From Geosiphon pyriformis uo1 (taxonomy: Eukaryota > Fungi > Glomeromycota), in the NCBI GenBank assembly GCA_016748015.1, contig JAAOMT010000566.1, positions 358,912 to 422,911 of the forward strand: 64,000 nt of DNA, written 5' to 3'. Made by a program: the position numbers and the translations under genes. How positions within the stretch are numbered: the stretch's first letter is position 1; each line of letters opens with the position of its first letter. Below, one piece after another: positions 1 through 13,200 of this stretch. The notes under the pieces were generated by a model, which was given only the letters and a program-made list of their open reading frames with translations, ran no database searches and was not told the origin of the DNA.

Positions 1-2780
1 ACTATATTATATTGATATTTTAAAAAAAAAATTACTTAAAAAAGACATTTTTTAAACAATTTTAAATAATATAGCACTATTACTAATCAATTTAATTAGT
101 TATTTAACAATTTTTAAAACATCAATCTTAATACTAACAGATTTACATTTTTAAAGTAACAATAAATTAAAAAATATATTATTATTAACAGCAAACAAAT
201 TTATATAGAGACCAATTATATTAATATTCTCAAAGCCATATTTAGTTTTCAATACAACTATTTTTATTTTAACTTACTAATAGCTTTATTAAAAAAACCT
301 ATATATATTAGAACTTTATTGATTTTAAAACTAAAAATACTGTTTAAAATAAAGTTTTTTTTTAATAAATTGTTTAAACATAATAACTAAAAAAACAACA
401 AATTTAATAATAGATTTAATTAATATAGTCAATTTAGTTAAATTAGCTTTTAAAAAAATTAATTATAAAGAAATCAAAAAATTATCAATAATTACAGAAG
501 AAAAAACAAGAATTATTAGAAATAATAATTTAGGAGAGCTTAAAAAAACAAAAGTTTTGGCATGAAATTTAGCATCTATAAAACATGATATAAATATTTT
601 AGAAATCTTGAAAAGAAAAAATAAGAATACTTTATAGTTTATAATTAAATAACCTATTTTTTAATATTTAAAACAACACTAATAATTAGAGATTTCTTAT
701 TAAATATAATACTTTCTTAATATACTAACCTTAATTATTATAACATTTAAATTAACTTGAGATCTAAATATAATTAAAACAAACTGAGAACAATGATTAA
801 AATTAAAAGAGCAAAGAATAAAACATATCTAATTATTAATCTGAAAAATTATATTATTAATCTTAAAAATAATACAACCAAAAAAAAGATTAATTAACTT
901 AGTTTTAAACTTATTATAAAACAAAATAGTCTTATTTTAATTTATTAAAAAAAAATCCTAATACTATTTTTACTCATCAGTACTGACTAATTATTTAAAA
1001 TAGACACAACAGTATCTAGTTTTTTAAAATGAACAATATTATATTGTTAAATATTAACAGACTTTAATACAAATAATTTTACTAAACTTATTAAGTGCTA
1101 TTTTAATATTAAAACAGATATACTTAAAAACACATTATATAGTACAACAGTAAGAGAAAAAAACCGGTCTTAAAACCTACCAAAAACTTGCTAATTTTAA
1201 GAGTAGTTAAACAAATAAAGCTTATAAGCTTAATCAGAAAAACAGCTTTTAAAAATTTTTAAGAAAAAAACTTCATACAGAAAAGTTTTATATTGTCTTT
1301 TAATCCTAATTTTACATTCAAAAAACCATATACAAATTGGAAAACAGTTTTAATATAAGCCAATTTAATTTTAAAAGTTGTATTAAACACCAAATAAAAG
1401 CCACTTACTTAGTAAATCTTTGATAATCAATAATAATTTTTTAAGTATCATTAATAACAGTATTAAAAACCAGAAAAAATAATAATAAATCAGTTTTTAT
1501 TTAATTAGTCCAGTTTTTAAGAACAAATAATCCAAAAAAACTGTTGTTTTGCTTTTAAAACCAGTAAAAATTTGTCAGAAAATATTATATTTAACAATAT
1601 AACCAGTAGTTAATTTTGGTTTATCTTAAATAATATCTTAAATAATATAATAGAAATTTCATATAAGATTACATTTAGAATCACAAAAAAGTTTGGTGTA
1701 ATAATAACAGAAGTAAATAACTGTTTTTACTTTTTAAAATCCTTGGCTTTTTTGTCATTTTTAAAAAATAGTACTAATAGCACCAAATATAACAGCAATA
1801 ATTAAAAAAATTAGTTTGTTAATTAATTTACTATTAAAAAATTTTAGACTTTTAATAAAAGTAAAAGCAATTTTAAAATTAATCTAAGTATATCTTTTTA
1901 AAAGAATCTTGACTAATAAAAAACCAGCTAAAAATAAGAAAGATGTTTCAATAGCCACCAAAAGCAGTCTTTTATTACTATTATTTAAGAAAAAAGCTTT
2001 TAAAACATTCTGCTTAACTATTTTTACAATAGAAAAAACTTCTTTGGTTAAAATTTTATTAGATATTTTAAAAAAAATATTAGATACAACTTTTTTATTT
2101 TTTGTTTTGATTGTAATCATAAAATTAAGAAAACAAAAAGTTTTTATAAATTTTTATAATTTATTAAACATAAATATATATAACTAAATAGTAATTAATA
2201 TTATAAGTTTTTTTATTAATTAAAACAAGATAATTTTATGAATTATATATTATTGTATTTATTTATTTTTTTATTATCAAGTTTAATAAGTACAGCCCAG
2301 TTGCTATCTAGTATACAGAATCAAGCAATATGATCTTAACTACATACAACTTACGTACTTGCTACATATAACTAGCTATTCAAGCCAGTCAAGACAATAC
2401 TATATACTTATATAAACTACAGAGTTTCTATCAACACTAGAGAAAAAAACACAAAGCAAATACTGATCAAAACTTACCCTCAAAGATTCAGAAATACCAA
2501 GCATATAGACGACCCTCAAAAACAAATCTGCTTTGGCCAGGTCTGACAAGAAAGAAACCATATTATTATTAACTACCAAACCAGCTTTCTTCAATTCTGT
2601 TCTATGTTTTACTCTGATATATTATATAGATTGGCAGTGAGACTCAACCAAACAGTGAAAAAAATTCACCAAAACTAAAATAGCTTGAATCTTATCATCA
2701 AACAAATACAAAGCTTTCTCAGTCCAATTCTTGAAAACAAACTCTTTATAGAAAACCATATATAACCTTACATCTAACAG
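1..2780 (-). mobile_element. Degenerate non-LTR (LINE-like) retrotransposon relic, probably the 5' UTR/ORF1 part; continues off the window start
   Basis: Extremely AT-rich decayed coding-like sequence. Minus-strand remnants loosely resemble the ORF1 region of the plus-strand LINE at 49.0-49.6 kb. A relatively GC-richer block at 2290-2780 may be the 5' UTR. Boundaries approximate; no intact ORF. Confidence 0.4.
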
Positions 2781-4446
2781 ACAATATTTATTAATAAAAT
2801 ATAAAACAAAGTTTTTTAGTATTTTATAATATTTTATTAATATTAATTTTAACTATTTATATAGTATTTTTACCAATTAAAATTACTTATTTAATTACAA
2901 GTTATTTAATCTAATTTTAATTAATAAATTCTATTAATACTTTTTATTATAGTTTATTAATTATATTTTAATTAACTTAATATTTTTAAATTTAAATAAT
3001 ATAATTAAATCTGTTGTTTTTATTAAATCAAACTTAAATATAATTATTATTATATAAATAATCTTATTAAATTTTGAAAAAATAAAAACTTTTCTAAAAC
3101 TATTTATACTTAAAAATAGTTTTTTAATTTTTTTAATTTTTCTTAAAACAAATTATTATTAATTATAAAAAGATTAATATTTAATACAAATAACTTTCTA
3201 ATAAAAATATTAATTTTGATTTTTTTAAAAAAAAGTATCTTAATTATTACCAATAATATTAAAATTAATAATTATTATATGTGTTTTAATTTTAAAAGTT
3301 ATAAAAACAATATTTATATAATTTATATTTATATTATTAATGTTATTAGTATTAAAACTAATTTTTTTTATTAAATAATTTTTATTTATGTTAAAACTTT
3401 TTGTTTCTAATGTATTATTAATATTAATATTACCTAAATTATTTTTTAAAACAATCATTAAATAAGAAAAAAAGCCAATTTTATTGTCATTAAACTCCAA
3501 AAAAAAAGATTTTTATCTTTTTTTAAAAAAAATATTATTAAAAAAATTAAAATTTAAGCTTTTTATATTTTTATATATATTATTATTAAAATTATTAACA
3601 GTTTTATAATTGAACATAAAACGTATAAAAATATTAAATAAAATATAAAAAATTAAAGTAAAAAAACAAACTTTTTAAAAATTTAAAATATACAAAAAAA
3701 AGAAGTTTTTTTATTTTTTATTATAAATATAATTAAAAATAAGAAAAAAAAAGTTTATATTATTTTAGTTAAAAATATAATTAAAAATACTTGTTTAAAA
3801 AAAATAAAATTTTAAATAATATATATATTTAAATATAATAAAAAATAATTATAAATTTAAATTTATTTTTAATATGTAATCAGCTATTTATATTAAATTT
3901 AATATAATTAATATTTATGTTATTGTTATTATTAAAATATGGTATAAAATTTTAAAATTTTAAAATTACAAATAATATACAATATTTAATAATTATTAAA
4001 AAAAATTTGTATAATAAACATTTTACTTGCAATGAATAAAAAGTTTTTTTTAAAAATCATAATTTTTGTATTATTAAATTTGAAAACAAAGCAATAATAA
4101 TTTAAGATTGAAACAAAAACTAATGTCTAAAATAAAAATAATGCTTCTGTTTTCAAAGATTTTTTTTAAAACCCTTTAAGATAACTAAAAAATTGCAAAA
4201 ATAAATCATTGGTGTCATAATTTCTAAGCATGGAGTTACTATTATAAACTCTGTGTCCCAAAGAAAGTTTAAAAGAATTTATTTTGCCAGCATCGAGGCA
4301 TACTAGCTGATGCTTTAAAAGCATAAGTTTTAAAAGCCATGAAATGCCACAATTAGATAAGCAACGAGGCTGATAAAAAGTCTTCTGGGAATAATTAGCC
4401 ACACTGATAGCCAATTGTATTCAACGTTTCTGATGCGGAATTTAAC

Positions 4447-4457
4447 AAAAATTTTCA
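4447..4457 (-). promoter_or_regulatory. RRPE-like element (TGAAAATTTTT) just upstream of the NOP56 ATG
   Basis: AAAAATTTTCA at 4447-4457 resembles the fungal ribosome-biogenesis RRPE motif and sits next to a Ribi gene, but a chance match is likely in AT-rich DNA. Confidence 0.25.
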
Positions 4458-4469
4458 GGAAGCCCTAGA

Positions 4470-7279
4470 ATGGTATGCAATATTTTATGAAGTCGAGGTG
4501 TTTTGTCTTCAAAGCTTTAAGATCATTATTTTGAGATCCGGTTTTGTTTTAGGTGAACTACGTTCTATTCGAAACTGCTTCAGGTTATGCCTTGTTCGAA
4601 ATTCTTCAGGTGGAAGAAATTGGAGCCAAGCTGGAATCGGTACAAGAGGCTGTAAAAGATTTGACTAAGTTTGGCAAAGGTGTCAAATTGAAATCTTTTG
4701 CACCTTTTAAAAATGCCGCTCATGCTCTCGAAAACGCGAACGACATTTCCGAAGGTATAGATAACTACCTTACACGATACTGATCAGATTTTTAAATCTC
4801 TATTTCTCACTCTTTTTGACCGCGATTGCAATTTGGTATTTTCCAGGCGTCATTAATGATTATCTGAGAGAGTTTCTTGAGCTGAACCTTCCGGCTCCCG
4901 CGAAATCCAAAAAGAAGAATCCTGTGATATTGGGTATTATTGACAAAAACCTAGCTAGTTCCATTGTTTCCCAACTTAAATATGAATGTGAAACCAGTGA
5001 ATTGGTCTTAGAGATCATCCGGGGAATCCGGTTACATGCCGATAAGCTTTTAGGACAGATGAAGGAGGGGGACTTGGAAAGAGCTCAGCTTGGTTTGGGG
5101 CATAGTTTTTCAAGGGCTAAGGTTAAATTCAACATCAATCGTTCTGATAATATGATCATACAAGCTATTTCCTTATTAGATCAATTAGACAAGGATGTTA
5201 ATACATTTGCTATGCGCGTCAGGTATTATTATCAACATCTTGACAAAATTTTGTGTCCGAATCTTCATTAAATCAACCCATTATGACTCTAACAAATTAA
5301 CTAATTCATAGGGAGTGGTATTCTTGGCACTTTCCAGAATTGGTGAAAATTGTTAACGATAATCATCAATACGCAAAGCTTGCAAAGTTCATTAAGAATA
5401 AGGCTGATCTTACTGAGGACAATCTTCAGGGCTTAGAAGACATCACAGAGGATGAAACAAAGGCGCAGCAAATATTGGAAGCAGCGCGTTCGTCCATGGG
5501 GACAGATATTTCTGACGTTGATATGCTTAACATTGAACATTTTGCTAATTGCGTTATAAATCTTGCTAATTATCGCAAGAGTTTGCTTGATTACTTACGC
5601 TCTAAAATGAGTGTTGTGGCCCCAAATTTATCTGCGCTTATTGGTGAAGTGATCGGTGCCAGGTTGATTTCACACGCGGGAAGCTTGACTAATTTATCAA
5701 AATACCCCGCCTCTACTGTTCAGATCCTTGGTGCTGAGAAAGCATTGTTCAGGTTGGTCATAACTACGAGTCTTGTATAGTTCTTAAAACGCACAATTAT
5801 AGGCTAAAACATTATTTGTTACTGAGTCATATGCATGATCTATGATTGACAGTTTACGACGAATTTGTGGCTCGAGGGATTGTTTATGTTGAACAGAAAA
5901 TCATGATTCGTCAAACTAGATAATTGCTTATGATCTAGTACAATTGCTATTTTATGCCTTGAAATTATATGTTGTTCATGATATATTTTCTCAAAACCTT
6001 AGAGCCCTAAAAACCAAAGGGAATACACCTAAATATGGATTATTATACCATTCTACTTACATTGGCCGCGCCGGAGCAAAAAATAAGGGCAGGATATCAC
6101 GGTTTCTCGCAAATAAATGTACAATTGCTTCACGTATTGACTGTTTTACAGGTGAGAAAAGGTTTCATTTTTGTATATAAATTTATATTAACACGATTCA
6201 TTTAAAGAAATATTATAATTTTCCGAGAAATTTGATTGTTTTATCATTTCCCTGATTGGTTTCTTTAATGGCACAGATTTCTCTAAATCTTTCATATGCT
6301 TATTATAGAAAAGCCGACTTCAAAATTTGGGGAAGCTCTTAAAGAGCAAGTAGAACGCCGGTTGATGTTTTTTGAAACTGGTGCCAAACCTCTCAAAAAT
6401 ATCGACGCCATGAAGAAGGTTCTAGATTCCATCGCCTCTGAAGATAAAATGGAATTAGACTCCAAACCCGTTCTACCACATATCGATCAAGATGATGAAA
6501 GCGATGAAAGCGATGAGAGTGAAGATAATGAGGATATTCAGGAAAAGGAGCCTCAAAAAGGTTTGATCATAACTAAAAAGAAAGTTTTCTGACTTTTATA
6601 AAGGCTCACCTACGATCAATTTAATTTAATTAAAAATTTGCCTGATCTGTATATATTTGGAATGGACTCAAAGCACCCTCTTCAAAAGCTTCCGAATCAT
6701 CATCAAAGAAGCGTAAAGCAACAACAAAAAAAATCGATGGAGAACCTGGTCCTAACAAAGCGCCAAAGATATTAGAATCAGAGGATATTAGCTCTAAGAA
6801 GATCACCAAATCCAAAGATTCAAGTGATAGCTCAACAGAATCTTCCGAAAGTGAAGCCTTATCAAATGTGGTAAAAACCACCAAAAAGATTCTTGATTTT
6901 CCTAAGGATAATAAAGTAAAAACCCCGAAGAAAAAAAGCACTTCAGCCCATTCAGCCAAGCAGGAAACCCCTAAAGTAATTTCCAAGAGCAAGAAAAATA
7001 AAAAGAATGGGGATGGTTTGAAAAATGAAAAATCGCAATTTGGCGAAGTCGCAGTCAAAAAGGTTAGGGGATCATAAGAATTATTCGAAGGTACCGAGAA
7101 AAACTCGCTAACTTTGATCATTTCATTAACAGATAAAAAGTGAGGAAAAACAAAAAACTATCGATGATAATGGAACCACTGAACAAACTAAGGCTTCCAA
7201 GAAAAACGCTACCAAGACTGTCGACAAAAAATTGAAAAAAGCAAAAAAATCCAAAGGCAAAGACAAAGATGATGCATAG
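4470..7279 (+). CDS. NOP56: Nucleolar protein 56 (box C/D snoRNP core). Exons 4470-4472, 4553-4754, 4847-5222, 5312-5752, 6003-6151, 6309-6560, 6674-7062, 7133-7279
   Basis: Hallmark motifs [122 protein letters not shown]. All introns are GT-AG with matching phases. ATG-only first exon; Lys-rich tail ends at TAG 7277-7279. The last two exons are less certain. Confidence 0.96.
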
Positions 7280-7989
7280 TAGGAAAACCGAAAGAGCAAT
7301 TGAGATACCGGCTGGTATTTTCGTACAATTATTTTCATGATACAAGAATTTTTCGCGTTTTTTAAATGGAGCGACAGGTGGCTAAACCTCACCAAATAAA
7401 CAACTTATCGAACCAAATGGTGTTTCATTATTTGTAATTGCAATTCAAAACTTAAATAATTTTATGATTTAGAAAATCTAATTATAAGAACATATTTAGT
7501 TGTGCCAATTACTTTAAATTATGAAATTAGGTTTTGAATAACGAACAAAATAAATTACAAAAATTATTGTTTAATACATTATAACTTGTTATTAAATATT
7601 AAATACATGTATTGTTTAAAAATATATTACCAATAATATTTTTGCTTAAATAAATAAATTAACACAAAAAAAATCAATTTTTTTAATAATTTATTATTAT
7701 TTTTTAACAGTTGCATAAATAGCTTTTAAAATTTAAAATTTATTTTATAAACAGTTTTAATAGTAATAATAATAATAATAATTTATTATATAAAAATATT
7801 TTATATATAATTATAAGTAAAACAAAAGTAAAAAAATTGATTATTTAAAAAACTTTTTTAGTAGTAAAAACAAATAAACAAATATTATAAATGTATTTTT
7901 TTAAATATTACAAATATAAAACAATTAATATTGTTTTTTTTAATTAAAGTTTTATTTAATTAATACACCAAAAGCAGTTTTAATAATAA

Positions 7990-8330
7990 TAATATTATTA
8001 TTTTTTATTTATTTATTTAATAAACAAAACTCAAATACTATTTAGTATAATACATCAAACTAAGTAATTTAAACTAAGTATAACTCATGTACCTTCTATA
8101 TATAACCAGTTATTTGAGCCAATTAAGACAATATTATATTAAAACTATAAAAAAAAATCTATTCCAAGAAAACATCTTATTTTTAATAACAATTAACATA
8201 CTACTATTCTTAACAAAACTACTTGATTATATTTACATTAGATTTAATAAAATTAGATTGATGTTTTCAAAGAATAATCAACTTAGTATAAAGTTTATTA
8301 TCAAATGAATTAATATTATATTGTTATTAA
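7990..8330 (-). mobile_element. Short 3'-end fragment of the LINE family seen at 48-55 kb
   Basis: 8094-8123 (TTCTATATATAACCAGTTATTTGAGCCAAT) is the exact reverse complement of 54949-54978, with weaker similarity in the flanks. Limits approximate. Confidence 0.6.
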
Positions 8331-10299
8331 AGATTTTTTACTTTTTTCTTAATGTTGTTAATACTGTTTTGCTGTTAATTCTGCTGTTAATAAAAGTTGG
8401 TAAACTTTTGATAAATTAATTTTTTTTTCAAAGTATCTTTTTATATTTTAAACTGTATATGTTATTGAATTTATAATAAAATAGCCAATTTTGTGTCAAT
8501 TATTTGTATATTTACTTTGCAGTAAAAGTTAATTCTTTTACAAAAAATCTTGATTGTAAACTACTTAATAATATAAAAAAAAAAAGAAAAAAAAAGAAAT
8601 AAACAAAAAAAAAAGAAATAAATTAAAGAAAAAAAAATAAAAAATGTGTTAAAAAAGCTATTTTAGATTCAAGCCTAAAAGTTATTAATAATTACTAAAA
8701 TTGATAACCAATTAATTTCAAAATATTAATATAAAAAAGTTAATTTTAAAATAACAATAATTAAAAAATTTATGTTTTTTAATATAAGTTTTATTTGAAT
8801 TAATATATATAAAAAATATATCTCAAATTATAATAAAAATTAATTCTAACTAAGATACATTTTTTCAAAAAAAGAAGTTCTTTTTTTATACAACTTATTA
8901 TAATATTATTTTATAATTTAGTACTTTTTTTTTCTAATATTTTGACAAATTAAAGATATATTTTATCGAACTACAAGTTATTTATACAAACTATAAATTA
9001 TTTTAATAAACTGTTGAATATTTTATTGAATTATTAAATATTTTAACAAATTCTGAATATTATATAATTCAACATATTATATAGTTTGATCATTATAATT
9101 TGGTTATATTTGTGTTTTATACAAATAAAATAAAAATTTAAATAATTTGATAAGATAATAAGTAATAAATTAAAACAATAATATATGCTAGTTAATTATA
9201 GGAATTATAGAAATAATTTATGCTCAAATTTTGGCTAATAATATAATCTTTTTTTTAAAACTAAGCTACATTAAAATTCAAGTATTATCTGTAATTTCCA
9301 GATAATAGTCCAAAATTATTGAAGAAATTTGGTCTAAAAATTGTTAAAATTTCAGTTCTGTAAGTTTTTTAATATATTAAATCTTTAAAAGTTGTAAAAT
9401 TGAATTTTATTGAATATTTTTACAAGTATAAATAAGTTATAAAGTCTAAAAACTGTTTTAAGTTTGTAATAAATATTTATTAGTTTAACTGTTGTCTTAA
9501 ATTAATTGTGTAGTTGTTTTTGAATAGTTTTAAGTATGAGGTTTACTGTTTTAAGTTTCAGGTTTTTTTTATAAAGTGTTTTTTTAATCTAAAAATATTT
9601 ATAAATTGAAGAGTATTTGTTGTTTTGTTTGTTGAGATACTGTTAAAGTTTTTGTTAAATTGTAGTATTTGCTAAAATGTTAATAAAAGTAAAGATTTAA
9701 TTCTTTTTTAAAGCTTATTTTAAAAGTTTTGGTAAATAAATTTTAAAATAACTTCTTGTATTTCTTTTATAAAAATAGTAATTTTATGAATTTGTAATTA
9801 AAGTTATAACAAATTCTGTTTGAATATAATTAATATGTTTTTTGGTAATATTTATGAATAATTTAAGTAGTATTTTTAAGGTTAACAAAAATTTTTAAGA
9901 TAATTGTTGAATATTTTGAAGAATAATCATAATAACTAACTAAAAAATAAAAAATAATAGATTATTTTTGATATGTAAATTTTTATATTATTTTTGGTTT
10001 TGTTTTTTTGTGTATTTTTTAATTATTTTTGTAAACTTGATTTTATTAATATAAAGATAAAATAAAATAATTTTAATGTTAAAATTTAGAAATTGTTTAA
10101 TAACAACTATTAATTCTAAGTTTTAAAGAATATTTTCAGAGTTAACCAAAAAAAATTGTGTACTAATTTGTGAAATAAAAAGTTTGGAATTGGTTTTAAA
10201 ATAGTAATACTTAAGTTTATTACTATATGCAACTTTTTTTAAAATTTTATTATCAAGTTTTAACTTATATGATCTATTTCTTAGAATTTTGTGTATATA

Positions 10300-13200
10300 A
10301 AATAGTTTGTTTTATTTATAATTGAATTTTTTACTTTATTATTTTTTAACTTTAGTTCTATAGAAAAAAAAATTATTTTTAATTTTAAATTTATTGGTAA
10401 CTAGTAGTAGTTTGTTATTATGTTATTCTTTTTGTTAAGCTTAGAAATATTTTATATAAATGGCTATAATTATTATTTTTCTTCTAATTTACTAAAAAAT
10501 ATATAAACTTTTTTTGTAGTCTTTCTTAAAAATTGTTTTTTGTAATTGGCTAAATTAAATAGAGTTCTACTGTAAAATTAATTAGTAATGTTATTATTCT
10601 GTTATAAAATCAAATTATAGTGTGTATTTTATTGTATTTTGTTTTAGTATTTTATATACTAATAACATTAATAGAATAAAAAAATCTTATTCTTGCTTAA
10701 AATTTATAAAAACTTTGGCTAAAAATTTACAAAGTATTTTGTTAAAACATTCTATAAATTCATTTGTTTGTAAATAATAGAGCAAAAATAAAAATCTTTT
10801 AACATTGAATTGTTTACAAAATATGTTTTTTGATTGAATAAAAGTTTAATTGGGCATTCATATTTATAAATAATGTTTTTATAGATAAAATTTGTGACTG
10901 ATTTTACATCTGCTTATTAAATTGCTCTTGCTTTAAACTATTTTGTTAAATAATCTACTGTAATTACAATATATTGGTTTCTTTGAGTTGTAATAAGTAG
11001 TGGTCCGATTAAATTGATATTAATTCAATCAAAAAATTGTTTAATTTTGATTGGATTTAAGAGTTTTATGAAATGTGTTTCTCTTCTTTTTTGACAACTA
11101 GCATATAATTCAACATATTATAAATATCTCTTTTTATTTAAGGCCAAAAATAGTGTTCTAATGTTCTTTGAATTGTATTATTTTTTTTAAAGTATGTTGT
11201 TAAAAGATTTGAATACATGTTATATATGAATATTTTTTTTATTTTTCTGAATTACTTTAAGTAGATTGTCTAAATTTTTGTAATTTTAGTATAAATAAGA
11301 TTATTGTATAAAAAATATTGTTTTGCTTAGTATTATAATCGATGTTTTTTACTAAAAGACCAAGTTTTTGATGTTGTAAGTGTTTTCAAATATTTTTTAA
11401 GATTATTATAGTTTTCAAAATCCATTAGTGATTGTTTTTTGTTGTTTAATTGAGTTGAATAGTGTTTATAGTTTCTAATCTTGCCTTATTTTAAAGAAAT
11501 AATCAATGTTTATATGTAATTTTTCTTGTTTGTAGTATATAATATATTTGTAATTTGCAAAGAATCTATTCTAACAGATTTGTTTGATATTTAATTTAGA
11601 ACTCTTGTTTTGTAGTTATTTATAATCCAATATTATCAGTGATAATATCGAATTTTTTGAACTTAAAATACAGGTTAAAGTAATATAAAACCCAAATTAT
11701 TGTTGCTGTTTCTAATTCAATAGCAAAGTAATTTTTCTTTGTTGGCTTTAGTGTTCTACTGACATAAGTAATTACTTGTTTATTGTCATTGTTATTTAGC
11801 TGAGATAAAATGACATCAAAAGTTATGTATAAAACATCTGTAGCTAATTGAAATCTTTTGTTAAAATCAAGATAAGTAAGAATTAAAGCTGTTGTTGGCT
11901 TTTTTTTAAGAATGTTAAAGGCTTTCTGCTGTTTCAAAGTCCATTTGTATTTAACGTTTTTATTGGTCAGATAATTAAGAAATTTGGCAATTTTAGAAAT
12001 TTTTTGATAAATTTTCGATAGTAGAATGTTAATTTTGTAAATTCTCTTAATTCAGTAGTGTTTTAAAAGATTTTTAAGTTTTTAACCACACTAATTTTTT
12101 TTGAATCAAGTTTAATTCTTTTTCTATTAAAAATATGACCAAAAAAAGCCAAGCTTGTTTTTCCAAAATAGAATTTTTTAATGTTTAATTTTAATTCTGC
12201 TTTTTGTAATTATTGGAAAACTTTTTTCAGATGAATTAAATAAGCTTTGAATAATAATAAATAAACATTAATATTATTAGGATAGATTACTATTAATTTC
12301 CAAAAAAGTCTAGCATAAACAACATCCATGAATTGTTAAAATGTTGTTGGTGCATTGCATAATTTGAAAAACATTACATTGAATTCATAATTTTTTTTTG
12401 AGTAATAAAAGTTATCTTGAGGTAATTTTTGGGATTTATGATAACTTGTTAATATTCACTTTCTAAATCTAATATTAAGAAGTATTTTAATTTTCCAAAA
12501 GTATCTAGCATGTTATAAATTTGTGATAAAAAGTAAGCATTTTCGATTGTAATACTATTTAATTAGTAATAATTAACACAAAAATGGATTTTTTTATTTT
12601 TTTTTTTATAAAAATTATTAATAAGATTTATAAATTTATTAATAATTAAAAGAGTCTATTGTTAAGTATCTGTTGTACTTTTTTTTGAATAAATTGATGG
12701 CTTTTTGGTAAGACTTAGTCTTGTTGTTATTTGAATTTTGTATTTATAGTATAAATTTGGTGTTGAACTAGATCAGTTTTTTCCAAATTATTGTTGCTTT
12801 TTGCAAATATGTTTGTATGTTCTGCAATTAATTTTTTGAATTGTTTTTGCTGTTATGATTTTAATTGTCCTATATTAATTCGAGATAACTTCTTAACAAC
12901 AATATGATAGTTTTTGGTAATAGAAGTTGAATTAAATTTCGAAAAAGAATATCCAATTATTTTTGTAAAATTTAAAACTTTCTGTGATAACTCTTGCTGA
13001 ATAATAATATTATAAATAATTTCAATTTCTAAATAGTTATCTAATATAATAAGGTAGTTGTTGAAATTAAAAATATAACATTGAATTTCTTGATTTCTTT
13101 AGACAAATAGATATTTGAAATTGAAATTCCGTATTCTTTGCAAATTTGTTCATTGGATTCAAAAATTTGTTAAGTGGTAATAAATATTAGACAGATATAT

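Noticed and set aside
1884-4414. Short I/K/N/F/L-rich ORFs here and at 8087, 13543, 14897, 33590, 34722, 48407, 51892 and 53229-53705
   Set aside because: Chance frames in AT-eroded DNA or remnants of the TE relics; not independent genes.
6630-7395. Minus-strand ORFs overlapping the NOP56 3' end
   Set aside because: Antisense shadows of the Lys/Ser-rich NOP56 exons.
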